This document shows positions 1 through 12,123 of a stretch of 64,000 nucleotides of DNA, one piece after another (within the stretch, counting starts at the first letter, position 1; every line of letters begins with the position of its first letter). This DNA comes from Haliotis rufescens (lineage: Eukaryota). The stretch is taken from positions 22,692,001 to 22,756,000 of the forward strand of contig NW_025963791.1 in assembly GCF_023055435.1 (NCBI RefSeq), written 5' to 3'. The notes beneath the pieces were generated by a model. That model was not told the DNA's origin. It did no database searches and saw only the letters and a program-made list of their open reading frames with translations. Position numbers and translations under genes: made by a program.

Positions 1-260
1 AGGTGCAAACTTTCAACTTGGCACCCAGAGTGTTCTTGTTTTTTGTCTAGTTTGCACATTCATCATCGCCTTGATATTCCGAAGATATGACGGAAACCTT
101 TTTGTGTAGGGTCACATTATTTATTAGTAGTAAGCAGCACATAGGATGACGTCACTTATGGCAGTGGTGTTATGTATTAATGCGCTACTGCAATCATAAG
201 AATAGACACAGTTTATCGGTTCGATGCTAAAAAGGTGCTATTTTAGGGTGTGTAAGAAAC

Positions 261-405
261 AGATTACTGCACTCGTGCCTGTCAAATACCATTGATCTTA
301 CAACTCGTTACAAAGCGTATCCAATTCGCTTTCGCTCGTTAGATACGTTTTGAAACAAATCGTTGTAAGATCAATGGTGTCTGATAGACACTCGTGTAGT
401 AATCT
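261..405. repeat. Long imperfect inverted repeat (hairpin), probably the end of a non-autonomous DNA element
   Basis: AGATTACTGCACTCGTGCCTGTCAAATACCATTGATCTTACAAC (261-304) is nearly the reverse complement of GTTGTAAGATCAATGGTGTCTGATAGACACTCGTGTAGTAATCT (362-405). Inner pairing GCGTATC/GATACGT. Confidence 0.8.
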
Positions 406-408
406 CTA

Positions 409-497
409 TTTCACACATTGTGTCCATGCGGGGTATCGAACCCGGGTCTGAAAGGTGTCGAGCGAACGCTTTAACCACAAGGCCACTCCATCGCCCC
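409..497 (-). mobile_element. SINE family A (tRNA-Asp-like head), 3'-truncated
   Basis: The reverse complement has A box TGGCCTTGTGGTTAAAGCG and B box GGTTCGATACC, and matches the copies at 10448, 23577, 35594 and 58471. Confidence 0.8.
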
Positions 498-498
498 T

Positions 499-1436
499 TA
501 TGTTATATGTGTCATGTGATATTTGATATTTGATATTTGTCATTCCTCGTGGATACATGTGATATGCGTTATGTGTCATGTCATGTGTGTCATGCGATAG
601 ATGACGGGTAGTATGTATGAAATGTAATATGTGATGTGTCATACGATAGGTGTCGTGCGTCATATGGCATATGACATTTGATATGTGTCATGCGCCATGT
701 GATATGCGTTATATTTTACATGTTTGATGTGGTATATGTCACGGGACATGTGATATGTCATAAATGTGATATGTGTCATGTGATATGTGTAGTGCGTCAC
801 GTGTCATGTGATATGGGAAATATGTCATGCACCCTGTGATATGTGTCATCTAAAATCTAATATGTGTGAAGTGATATGTGATATGCGTTGCGTGATGTGT
901 CTTATGATATGTGTCATCTAATATGTACGATGTGATATATGATATGTGTTGTGTTGTGTGATGTGTCATTTGATGGTATGTGGCAAGTGGTATATGATGT
1001 GTGATGTGTTATTTTGCCAAATATCATGCGCTATTTGATATTTGGAATTCAACAAGTGCAATGTGATATATGTCATGTGTCATGCTATCTGTATAATGTA
1101 ATAAACGACAGGTAATAGGTGATATATATGTGTCATGTGTTATGTGTTATGTGGAATGTGACATGTGTCATGTGATATGTGTCATGATACGTTTAATGCG
1201 CCAAGTTAAATGTGGTATATTCGTACATGATGTGATATGTCATACATGTGATATGTGTTATGACATATCGGTCGTGCATCATGTGATATGTCATACATGT
1301 TATATGTGTTATGAGATATGTGTCGTGCATCATGTGATATGTGTCGTGCGTAGTGTGTCAGTTGATATGTTTTATGTGATGTGTGATGTGTGACATGTGA
1401 CATGTGTCATGTGTCATGAAATATGTGGCATGTGGC
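499..1436. repeat. Degenerate (ATGTG/ATGTGTC/GTGATAT)n low-complexity tract
   Basis: Visible short-period repeats that generate spurious His/Cys/Met-rich ORFs. Confidence 0.85.
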
Positions 1437-4009
1437 AAAAGAGTAGAGTAAAGAAACATGGTTTTTAAATTATCATCTTAACATCTAATAAAAAAAGTAT
1501 ACAAGATGAAATGCATTAAACCATTTAGCCGTTCCATACGGAACTAATATAATCAAAGTAAAATTACGCTTAAGTAAAAATACATAAACAATGTTACTCA
1601 ATAGGCTTACTCAGCATTCGCGTGATAGCGTAACCCTGAAACATCGCTACAAACATTAAAGTTGCTATCCATTACCGTTTTATGTCCCCATGTTCCTACA
1701 ACTTCTAAATGGCTAACAAAGAGTACTTTACAATTAAATGAGCATTAGACCGGTGTATACAAAGTAGTATCTTGATGTTTAAAAGAGGAATACTGGCTTG
1801 ACAGTCAACTCATCTCAGTCCAATGTTATGCAACAAACGGACACCGAGTTATGTACGGGGTAGTGAGTGAAATGTGTCGACCATATCCGACACTACCCGC
1901 GAAAACACCAGAGATTATGTCATAGAGTTCACAGAGTAATAGTTCATTACTTCCTGTTCACGAGGTCACGGCAATACGTTTTTGTCTCCAGCATCAAAAC
2001 TTTAAATTACGTACATACTTTGTTAATAAAGATTTTCAATAGGCGCACATGACCATCTGTTTCGCTATATTATTTTGTCAGCGTTGTATGCTAATCGGTA
2101 AACACCATGGAAGTAACAGCTGTAAATACGAAAACTATGCCATTTCATTTCAAAATATTGTTTAATGCAATTTAACTAGGTTTACACGTTTGAAGTAGTC
2201 GAACTTGAGAATGGAAAGATTTTGGAAGCACATGAGTAAAGATGAATATCGTCAAAGATACATCTATGTGATATATTAGTCAGTATCAATGAATGATGAC
2301 AAACTGCGGCAATTACTTGTAAATGAATTTACAGGGTTTCTGTCGAGAAATCGTAATATGACAGCTTCTTTTATCAGTAAACATTCAATATTTGTAGAGA
2401 CATTTATTTAGAAACTGCAGACATGTTACATTGCGGCGCATGCGCATGTTGCAAAGTGCATCTGGTGTTGCGGTAATGTCCGAACTCCCTACCCTTATTC
2501 TGGTAAAGTGACACACCAAGCTATCGCTAACAGGTGAGGTGACCCTCCGAACACAAGTATCCCACCCCTCCCCTCATTGTTTTTACCCATCACCACATCT
2601 GACTGATCATAAATATCCAACGGTAGGTGTTGACAAGTGCGCAGGTTTTATCACACGGTTGTTTTACAACATGTATTATTTTGTGAAATCACAGTGTCTA
2701 TTATATAATAGTTAATAAAAGCAAAACTTACGTTTGGTGATATTTGTATTTACACGGTTGTGTTTCTTCAAAACAAAGAAATGATTTTTGAGTGAAGGAA
2801 CACGCGCTGGTTCATGGGACAAATGTTTTCATGACGCTAAACATTGAATTATATTAGACATCGGTTGAGTAATATGTCTTGACTGCAAAAATATCAGTAT
2901 GGTGCAAAGGAAAATTGGTCACCACGTGGTTTTTCGACAGCATATTGCTGCGCTTTTCATACCTTAGGATGTCTCCGTGGAAACAACACGATCAACTGTG
3001 TAAAACCGGCCACAATGCTTAGAGTTTCTGAACAACAGATTTTTAAAGAATAAAAATTGGACGTGGTATAGATAAGGATAGAAAAATCTTTACCTCGTTG
3101 TTTGTCCTTTGAACTGTCTCCATGTGGGTCGGGCGGGGGCCGGGCTTGCAATTGCTGAGTGCTTGGTTTTTTTCCAGTATGTGGGAGGGGGTTGTGTTTG
3201 TAAAACAGTCACATAGGCAATATACACCAGACGCACATTTCTCAATCACCGACTTCCTGGAATGCTCTAGGTGAACACGTTTTGGTGGACGTCCATTTTG
3301 GGATGTCACGTCGACTATTCTTGTCTACTCTTCCTCTCTTCGTTCCGTTTTCTTTATCATCAGTGTATGTTTCAAACAGTTCATTTTCAAAATAAAATCC
3401 ATCACGTTGTCCAAGCCGTCTGTGTATTGCTTTGAAAATGTCAATGCGTGTATCCTCCACACTTTCGATATCGTAGGCCATCTTCCTTGCTGTGAGAGCT
3501 GGTCAGTGCTTCAATGACCCTGCTCGGGCTGCCCATTGTTTGTTGATTGCCTGGACGCTGGGTCAGTCAGCAGTGACAATACTTGTGTAAATTCGCCTTC
3601 ACATTTGTTTACATTTAGGACACTTGATTTTAAGCAAAACGCTCAATAATGATCATGATTCACTCACATATACCCATTCCGGGTTGCTTCAAGATCACAT
3701 TACATTATTTTTGCACAACATCATCTCATAATTAATGCGATTGTGACGGAGCATTCTTTTCAGCGACATGCTATTCAGGCGCATGCGCATCCTGCTATGA
3801 TCTACACTAACACCCAATGTGAATACGTACCAATATACATGTTGCACTCAATGTGTTAAATCTGATTCATTTAGGCAATTTTTAAAATGTCTACATATTT
3901 TACACAAATATTTTCACAAATTAAGTGACAAATCTGTTCATTGTCCATTGACACGCTGACTGATTTTACACATTTTCTGAAACATAATGTTCTGTGTTGA
4001 CAACCGGGC

Positions 4010-5527
4010 TGTGCACATGTAGCACTTTATATAGCTACGATGTTTACTGGCATCCTGGGTGTACATGTACCACCGTATAAAGCTCCGTTGTATTATAGAC
4101 TATCATCCTGGGTGTACATGTACCCCTATATATAGCTACGTTGTAAAATAACATCCTGGGTGTGCATGCGTCACTATATACAGCTACATTCCATAATGAC
4201 AGCCTGGGTGTACATGTGTCACTATAAACAGCTACATTATATACTCTAACATCCTAGGTGTGCATGCATCACTATATATAGCTACATTGTAAACTGACAT
4301 CCTGGTTGTGCAGGTGTCACCAGGAAAACCTATTTCATATACTGACATACTTGGCGTGCACGTGTCACTACATAGAGCTACGTTGCATACTGACATCCTC
4401 TGTGTACATGTGTCACTTGATATAGCTACGTTGTATAATGCCACCCTGCGTCTACATATGTCACTATATATAGCTACGTTGCATACTGACATCCTCTGTG
4501 TACATGGGTCACTTGATACTGCTACGTTGTATAATGCCACCCTGCGTCTACATGTGTCACTACATAGAGCTACGTTGCATACTGACATCCTCTGTGTACA
4601 TGTGTCACTTGATATAGCTACGTTGTATAATGCCACCCTGCGTCTACATGTGTCACTACATAGAGCTACGTTGCATACTGACATCCTGTGTGTACATGTG
4701 TCACTTGATATAGCTACGTTGTATAATGCCACCCTGCGTCTACATGTGTCACTATATATAGCTACGTTGCATACTGACATCCTCTGTGTACATGTGTCAC
4801 TTGATATGGCTACGTTGTATAATGCCACCCTGCGTCTACATGTGTCACTATATATAGCTACGTTGCATACTGACATCCTCTGTGTACATGTGTCACTTGA
4901 TATAGCTACGTTGTATAATGCCACCCTGCGTCTACATGTGTCACTATATATAGCTACGTTGCATACTGACATCCTCTGTGTACATGTGTCACTTGATATA
5001 GCTACGTTGTATAATGCCACCCTGCGTCTACATGTGTCACTACATAGAGCTACGTTGCATACTGACATCCTCTGTGTACATGTGTCACTTGATATAGCTA
5101 CGTTGTATAATGCCACCCTGCGTCTACATGTGTCACTACATAGAGCTACGTTGCATACTGACATCCTCTGTGTACATGTGTCACTTGATATAGCTACGTT
5201 GTATAATGCCACCCTGCGTCTACATGTGTCACTATATATAGCTACGTTGCATACTGACATCCTCTGTGTACATGTGTCACTTGATATAGCTACGTTGTAT
5301 AATGCCACCCTGCGTCTAATTGTGTCACTTTATATAGCTTCGTTGTATACTGACATCCTGTGTGTACATGTGTCACTATGTATAACTCTGTTGTATAGTG
5401 ACATCCTGTGTATACATATGTGCATCTACCACTATTTATAGCTACGTTGTATACTGACACCCTGGGTACATGTGTCATTATGTATAACTACGTTGTACAC
5501 TGATATTCTGTGTGTACATGTGTCACC
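4010..5527. repeat. Minisatellite, 48-bp monomer with 96-bp dimeric higher-order repeat in the core
   Basis: Alternating TACATGTGTCACTTGATATAGCTACGTTGTATAATGCCACCCTGCGTC and TACATGTGTCACTATATATAGCTACGTTGCATACTGACATCCTCTGTG, with diverged monomers at both edges. Confidence 0.95.
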
Positions 5528-5530
5528 TCT

Positions 5531-5761
5531 GTCGGCGTCTATGAATTCTTGGAGTGTCACTTCTGGTGGAATGTCTGTGACCTTCTTTAACTCTGTCCAT
5601 ACATCCCGCAAGTCTGATAACGGAATGTCATCCGATTCACTGTCGGATTCAGCTTCCCCATCCGTCAATACGCAGCCACCTTTCCTGAAACAGTTCTTTA
5701 TCGATGTTGCATTGACTTTCCGCCAAGCTCGAAGTACCATCTCGATTGCATTCAGTATGCT
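5531..5761 (-). pseudogene. pogo/Tigger (TIGD-like) transposase C-terminal fragment
   Basis: SILNAIEMVLRAWRKVNATSIKNCFRKGG followed by an acidic tract and EVTLQEFIDAD matches the AW..V...TI.NCF.K.G motif and the downstream ..YIDAD-type motif of pogo-family transposases. Confidence 0.8.
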
Positions 5762-5789
5762 TTTGTATATATGAAACGTGCCCTCTATG

Positions 5790-6538
5790 TGCATGAGACA
5801 TACATTGTAATATATATAAAAGACACTGTTTGTACATATGAAAAGCTCACCCATGTACATCAGAGACATGTTTTGTGCATGCGAAAGATCTCCATTTTAT
5901 AGAGACATGTTTTGTACATGTGAAAGATCTCCTCCATATTTCAGAGACCTGATTTGTGCATGCGAAAGATCTCCTCGATATTTCAGAGACATGTTTTGTG
6001 CATGCGAAAGATCTCCTCAATATTTCTGAGACATGTTTTGTACATGTGAAAGATCTCCTCCATATTTCAGAGACATGTTTTGTACATGTGAAAGATCTCC
6101 TCCATATTTCTGAGACATGTTTTGTACATGTGAAAGATCTCCTCCATATTTCAGAGTCATATTTTGTACATGTAAAAGATCTCCTCCATATTTCAGAGAC
6201 ATGTTTTGTACATGTGAAAGATCTTCTCGATATTTCACAGACATGTTTTGTTCATGGGAGCGATCTCCTCCATATTTCAAAGACATGTTTTGTACATGTG
6301 AAAGATCTCCTCCATATTTCAGAGACATGTTTTGTAAATGTGGAAGGTCTCCTCCATATTTCAGAGACATGTTTTGTACATGTAAAAGATCTCCTCCATA
6401 TTTCAGAGACATGTTTTGTACATGTGAAAGGTCTCCACCATATTTCAGGGACATGTTTTGTCCATGTAAAAGATCTCCTCCATATTTCAGAGACTTTTTT
6501 TGTACATGTGAAAGATCTCCATATTTCAGAGACATGCA
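5790..6538. repeat. Minisatellite, 42-bp unit
   Basis: GAGACATGTTTTGTACATGTGAAAGATCTCCTCCATATTTCA repeated in tandem, giving 14-aa periodic ORFs in several frames. Confidence 0.95.
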
Positions 6539-8712
6539 GTAGCGAGAACTAAGATCTGATTTTATTGAGATTGTCCATCATTTAAAGAAAGTAGGAACAC
6601 TCAAATAAGCGATATTTCTATTTCTAGGAACTTGGAGGAAATAGAATAATGTAAGGCGGGATTTTTTGTAATCAGGCGGGAGCGGATGGAAATCTAATGT
6701 AATTACTTTTGTATGGCCTAAAGTAGCGAATATGGTGTCGAGTTAAACGTCGGACAATCTCATTTTAGCCGAATGCTACGAATTGGTCCGAGGGAATTTT
6801 GTTTTAATGAATATGCTAGCCGTGTATAATATCGCCTCATGGAGAAACCCACCGGCCTGTGATTATTTCTATGACTGATGGTGTAACCGCGAATAGCTGC
6901 AATACTGCTGATGCGTCTTTCTCACTAACTCTCATGTTTTCAGTATCATTGGACAATCATGTACAGAATTTCTTTTGTTAAATTATATTGTTGATGGGTT
7001 TAATTCAAAGTACATAGGAAACTGTAACAACGGGAGAGGACTCTCTTCTGACGTCAAGGGTGGCATACTCATGAGGTGTAATCACATTGCCTTCTATGCG
7101 TCCACATTCAAGGGACGCACGTGCAAAACGTCATGATGTTTTCAAGCTTTAGACAAGATGTGTTTTTGTCCAAATCGAAACACATCGAATGTGTTGTGTT
7201 TGACAATGACTTTTGTGTTATCACATGCCTTAACACAAAGAACAACTTTAAATGCTTTTTTAGGGCCAGTTTGCCAAATACTAGTATTACTAAATATCGA
7301 ATATGCGTTTTCAAAGCGTCACAATAATTTAATAGAACCACAAAGGAACACGCGATTCTTTCTCCACTGGAAAAGTAAGGTCTTATATAGCAAAAAAACA
7401 GGGACAAACAGAGAAGACAAACCTGTTGAGTGGCTGATGTTATCATTGGTAGAATGCTGAGAAAACAGAATCGGAATAAACCCCTTCTGTCCCAGCCATC
7501 TAACGTCTGGCTGTCCTACATGTAAGGTTTGTTCCAGCTAACAGGACTTAAAAACCATAGCTATTATGTGCATTATGCATGCATCACTGCATCAATTGTT
7601 TGATCAATGAACTTGGTTTAAGTGACAAATCATATAATGCCACATTTGAGAGTTTTGACAAAATCACAAATCAGTACTATTCAAACCTGAAGACATGTGC
7701 ATTCCTTTTTGGTCCAGGGTTCCAAGGCTCCATAAAACTCGATTGCAGGGTCCAACAAATGAACCACCAACTCTCTATCCCAAAGATTAACCATGATCCT
7801 GACTACAATCAAGGAAGAACGTTCTTAATCGTCACCCAGAGTATTTGATACAAATAGTATTAACACCATGTGGATTCTCAGGACTCACGTTTTGTAATAC
7901 CAGAAAAAAACAAGTTCAAATATGTCAAAACATTTTATTTTTTAATTTTGTACGCCACCGACAGGACAAAGCTAACTAGGAAAAGCTTCATTCCATGGTC
8001 AATGGGGCATTTGACACTAAATATGGTGACCATATGCTAAGGACAATTTGTCAAAAAGGAAGACAAATGTCATCTAAAGTTTACTGTGTAAACAATATGT
8101 AAAATATAGGACTATGTCAGTTTCGACTTAAATATTCGACCATAAATATTCACAGTACAGTATAATCTAAATTTCTATCATTGTCATATAATAAGCTGGG
8201 TTTTTAAAAGCTTTCAAAGCTACATCTGTAATAAAACGCCTTATACCATTGCAGTATTACAGAGCGTTAATATAGACAATGAACTTCATATGATATTTAA
8301 TAAAACAATGTTTTATACATATTCATGTAAGATGGAATGGCGCCATGCAAACGTGAATGTCTGCATCAAATGATTAACGTTGGAATATTCAATAGAAAAA
8401 ATGTTACGCTTATACATCTTATCAGTGGGGTAATTTGAGAAAAGTTGGGAAATTGTTATACCTGTGTTCCAGAATTAATAAAACGAATGCTACTGTAGCA
8501 AATTACAATAAAACTATATTAAGTGCATGTCAGTTTGTTTTGTTTTATGTGTTACCCTCAGTTGTCAAACCCTATTACATTGATATTCATAATATACTTA
8601 ATACCCATTCATATCTGAATATGAATTGTTTTGCGCACAATAAAACACTACAGGGATAATAAACCCTGCGGCCCTCGTGGATTATTATTAAACAATATGT
8701 TTATGTTATCAG

Positions 8713-8811
8713 GTGGAGGTGATCGGAGGCACAGACCAATATCTAGCGGTGTGTCGTGCATGCTTCCGAGGGAACAGTTTTCATCAACAAGCCAACACCA
8801 CGACTGAGTAG
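8713..8811 (+). CDS. TK1: Thymidine kinase 1 (cytosolic), final coding exon; upstream exons lie outside the window
   Basis: Acceptor ttatgttatcag followed by VEVIGGTDQYLAVCRACFRGNSFHQQANTTTE*, matching the TK1 lasso/zinc motif VEVIGGADKYHSVCRLCY. The phase-0 boundary agrees with my recollection of vertebrate TK1. Confidence 0.85.
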   Translation: MEVIGGTDQYLAVCRACFRGNSFHQQANTTTE

Positions 8812-10447
8812 TCCACGCCTCTATCGATCAGCCGTGTCTGTGTGGTGGAAGAAGAGGTGTCTGTGATTTTTGTTTGAGACAAAACAGTTATTTTAATGTC
8901 TTCCTTTTAGTATTCATCATACAGCTCAGGACGTTCAGACATATATTTCACATTGTCCGGGCAAGCATGTCACTGTGATGTAGTCAAAGGGCATATTTTG
9001 TATTACACAGAATAATATTCATATTTTTAAATATTTAATCAAGGCTTTTAAACATACAGACCTAGAAACTATTTGTTATTAAAGTATGTCAGTAAATTGC
9101 ATTGACCATTTCTTCTCAAACTTTGCAACAACAGATATTAAGTAGTTTAGGAACGGCCATAATATATTCTAGGTTAGGCTGTTGTTTATGTTTTAGTTAT
9201 TTTATAGCGCTTCAAAACGAGATCCGAGCATTCTGAAGTCATGCTGCATTCTACACACTAAAAATCCCACTGTACTCAGTGATCTGTGATCTGTTTGAAG
9301 CTCGGATACAACCAAAATGATTTTCTTCTCAAGATGTTGTTATGTTTGCTGCTATGTTACACTGCACGAACTTGTTCCTTTGACATTAATCGACTTGGGT
9401 GCCATTTAGCTGTTATTGCTATAGTTACAGGAATCTTCATCGTGAGATAACAGGATGTCTTTCATCAAAGGGTGAAGTGTCTCACGGCATCATTCTTTAA
9501 AAAAATTCTTTAGTCCTTTAATGTAGGAACTCGCCACAGATCGGTCAAACAGCCTTTTTCATTAAACATAAAACGTCAACGACAGAAAATAATCGATTAT
9601 CCGCAGAAACAGATTCCATTGGGTGTAAAAGGCAAAATAGTGGCGGCATTTACATGAATATGAATGGATCGCTTAAAATCAATGCTGACACCAGGTGCGA
9701 AATGGGCGTGTCCAACTCTACCGATGGCACCCACTACTCGCACGATTTTCATAAAGAAAGTAAGTGTTTGTGGCCTAATCCGCACATCAGCTCTCCTGCC
9801 ACACGGCTTCATTATTGGGGTACCTGGAGGCATGTCACTATGGTTGTACGTCACCAGACATGTATCGTCCCAAGCCGGAAGTGACATCATTAAACCGGAA
9901 GTGCATGGGCTTATGTTGCTGGGGTTTTTTGTGGTGCATAGAAGTTTTTTCTTCCTTAAAGAGAGTTTTTCCAGTCACATTTCAAATGTTGAAATTTACT
10001 CTCTATTCACTTAAACATAATAATTGTACAGACGGAGGTGATTTTAAAATAATCCACGGATTTCAGCCATTAATTTATGGCCCTAATTAGGTTTTTATGG
10101 AACCATCACGCAGTCAGAGCGTGGCGGGTCATGGCAATATTCTTTAAATAAATCAGGTTAAATTCTAAAGATATACTTTTCAAAAGTAGTTAAAGAATAC
10201 CCGATTCTTTCATATGTCTATGGTTAATCAGTCATGAGTGGTTGTATTGCAAAACGTATACTTGTGGGTGTTCTTTAACTTGTTTTGAGTAGTATATAAT
10301 CTTACAGTGTCAATACCATAATGCTGGTATCAGTAAATATTCTTTTTGACATTTGATTTATGATCAACTTGTATTGTGCCTCTTGTCTTGTACAAATCTA
10401 TACAAGTATATGTACTTGCATATAGTAATTTGATGAACACCGCTCGA

Positions 10448-10608
10448 AGTGAGTGAGTATGGTTTTACGCCGCTTTAAGAAATATTACAGCACTATTTGG
10501 TGGGGACACCAGAAATGGGCTTCACACATGGTACCTATGTGGGGAATCGAACCCGGGTCTTCGGCGTGACGAGCGTACGCTTTAACCACTAGGCTAACGG
10601 ACCGTCCC
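10448..10608 (-). mobile_element. SINE family A, full length
   Basis: A/B boxes, GTC anticodon-like loop, and tail AAAGCGGCGTAAAACCATACTCACTCAC on the minus strand. Confidence 0.9.
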
Positions 10609-10850
10609 TGTCCATGAAAGAGCACAAGCCAATGCAGTTAAGATTTACTTTGATGAAAATATATCCTGACAGTGATTAATGTGTAGAACACAGGAAATTC
10701 TAATGTAAACGATAATATCAAATTAACAGAGGATGGTCATAAGCCCTACTCATTTGTGGGTATTTTAACACTCACAATGTTATGTGATGAATCATTAAAT
10801 CAGACCGCAACGGAACAGTTATCGAAAACGTTTTCGATGAATCTGACCTA

Positions 10851-10957
10851 GGCCCACTTGCACAAAATGATCTTAGCGATAGGACTATTGTAAGCCTATG
10901 ATAAAGTATTGGAGTTAAGATCATCTTAGCGCTAAAATCGCTTTGTGCAAGTGAGCC
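10851..10957. mobile_element. Small MITE (Harbinger-like) nested in the LINE
   Basis: TIRs GGCCCACTTGCACAAA / TTTGTGCAAGTGAGCC with 3-bp flanks CTA/CTG. Removing it restores ...DESDL-VILNNG. Confidence 0.75.
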
Positions 10958-12123
10958 CTGGTGATTTTAAATAATGGTAAAATGACCCGAATTCATATAG
11001 GTATCCTTTCGATCACATCTTCCTCTTTAGCATCTAAATGTAGCTGGGATGTATTCCAAGACGATGCTCTTGGTAGTGATCACTTTCCAGTATTCATTGA
11101 AATTCATGACAGTCCACTTAGAGATTCTTGTGTACATGTTCAACACTGGAAAGATGCAAACTGGTCCGATTTTGTCCTCTTTGCGAGCAGCATATTACTT
11201 CTGAACTAATAAACGAAGAAATTGATGTTTAAATGGCAACATTACTTCCCACATTGAAATCCAGGGCTACTATTTGACAAACGTCAGGTAAGCAGTCTTC
11301 TTTCATTCCCAAAGTGTGGTGTTACGATGAATGTGAAAATGCAAACAAAGGAAGGACACAAGCCTAGTTTGACATGCTTCTCTTCCTTGTGACCTGGCTG
11401 TGTTCAGAAAGAAACGTGTCGAGTTTCAACGTGTCGTTCGTGGGGCAAAACGCTGCAGTTGGCGTAACTATAGTTCAAGTATAAATCGATTTACTCATAC
11501 GATGAACTTAAAGGTACCACATCGAAAACAAACAATTCCTCTCCTGGGGCAGATAATTTATGTTATGAGGTGTTTAAGCACATGCCTGATTCTGCTCTTT
11601 TAATTATCCAAGAGCTGCTTAATACTTGTTGGAGTTCTTGGTTTATTCCTAAAACCTGGACACATGCCATCATTGTCCAAGTAACCAAACCAGGGAAGGA
11701 TCCAACAATGCCTGCTTCATACAGACCAATTTACCTAACTTCCAATCTATGCAAAATCAAGATTTGTCACAAATTGATTTCATCATTTTCTTGAGAAGAT
11801 TAGGCTTCTGTCAAGAATGCAGCCAGGCTTTAGAAAGAGACCTTCATGTACAGATCATCATGTACGGCTTCGGACAGGAGCACAAAATGATATATGTAAT
11901 TAAGTGTGTCTTCCTTAATATTGAGAAAGCAAATGATATAATCTGGAGACAAGGACTTCTTTTCCAATTACAGAAGCTGGAGATAAAAGGCAACATGTTC
12001 AGATGAATTCACTCGTTTCTTTCTGAAAGGTCTATTCAAGTTCGCATTGAACCATTATTCATTATATTTAAAATGGTAACCCACAAGGTAGTTTAATAAG
12101 ACCTGTACTTTTCAATATTATGA

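Noticed and set aside
4232-5441. 358-aa and 377-aa ORFs on opposite strands
   Set aside because: They are products of a 48-bp (multiple of 3) satellite that is open on both strands, with no splice or domain evidence.
5838-6552. Overlapping 14-aa-repeat ORFs
   Set aside because: Artefact of the 42-bp tandem repeat.
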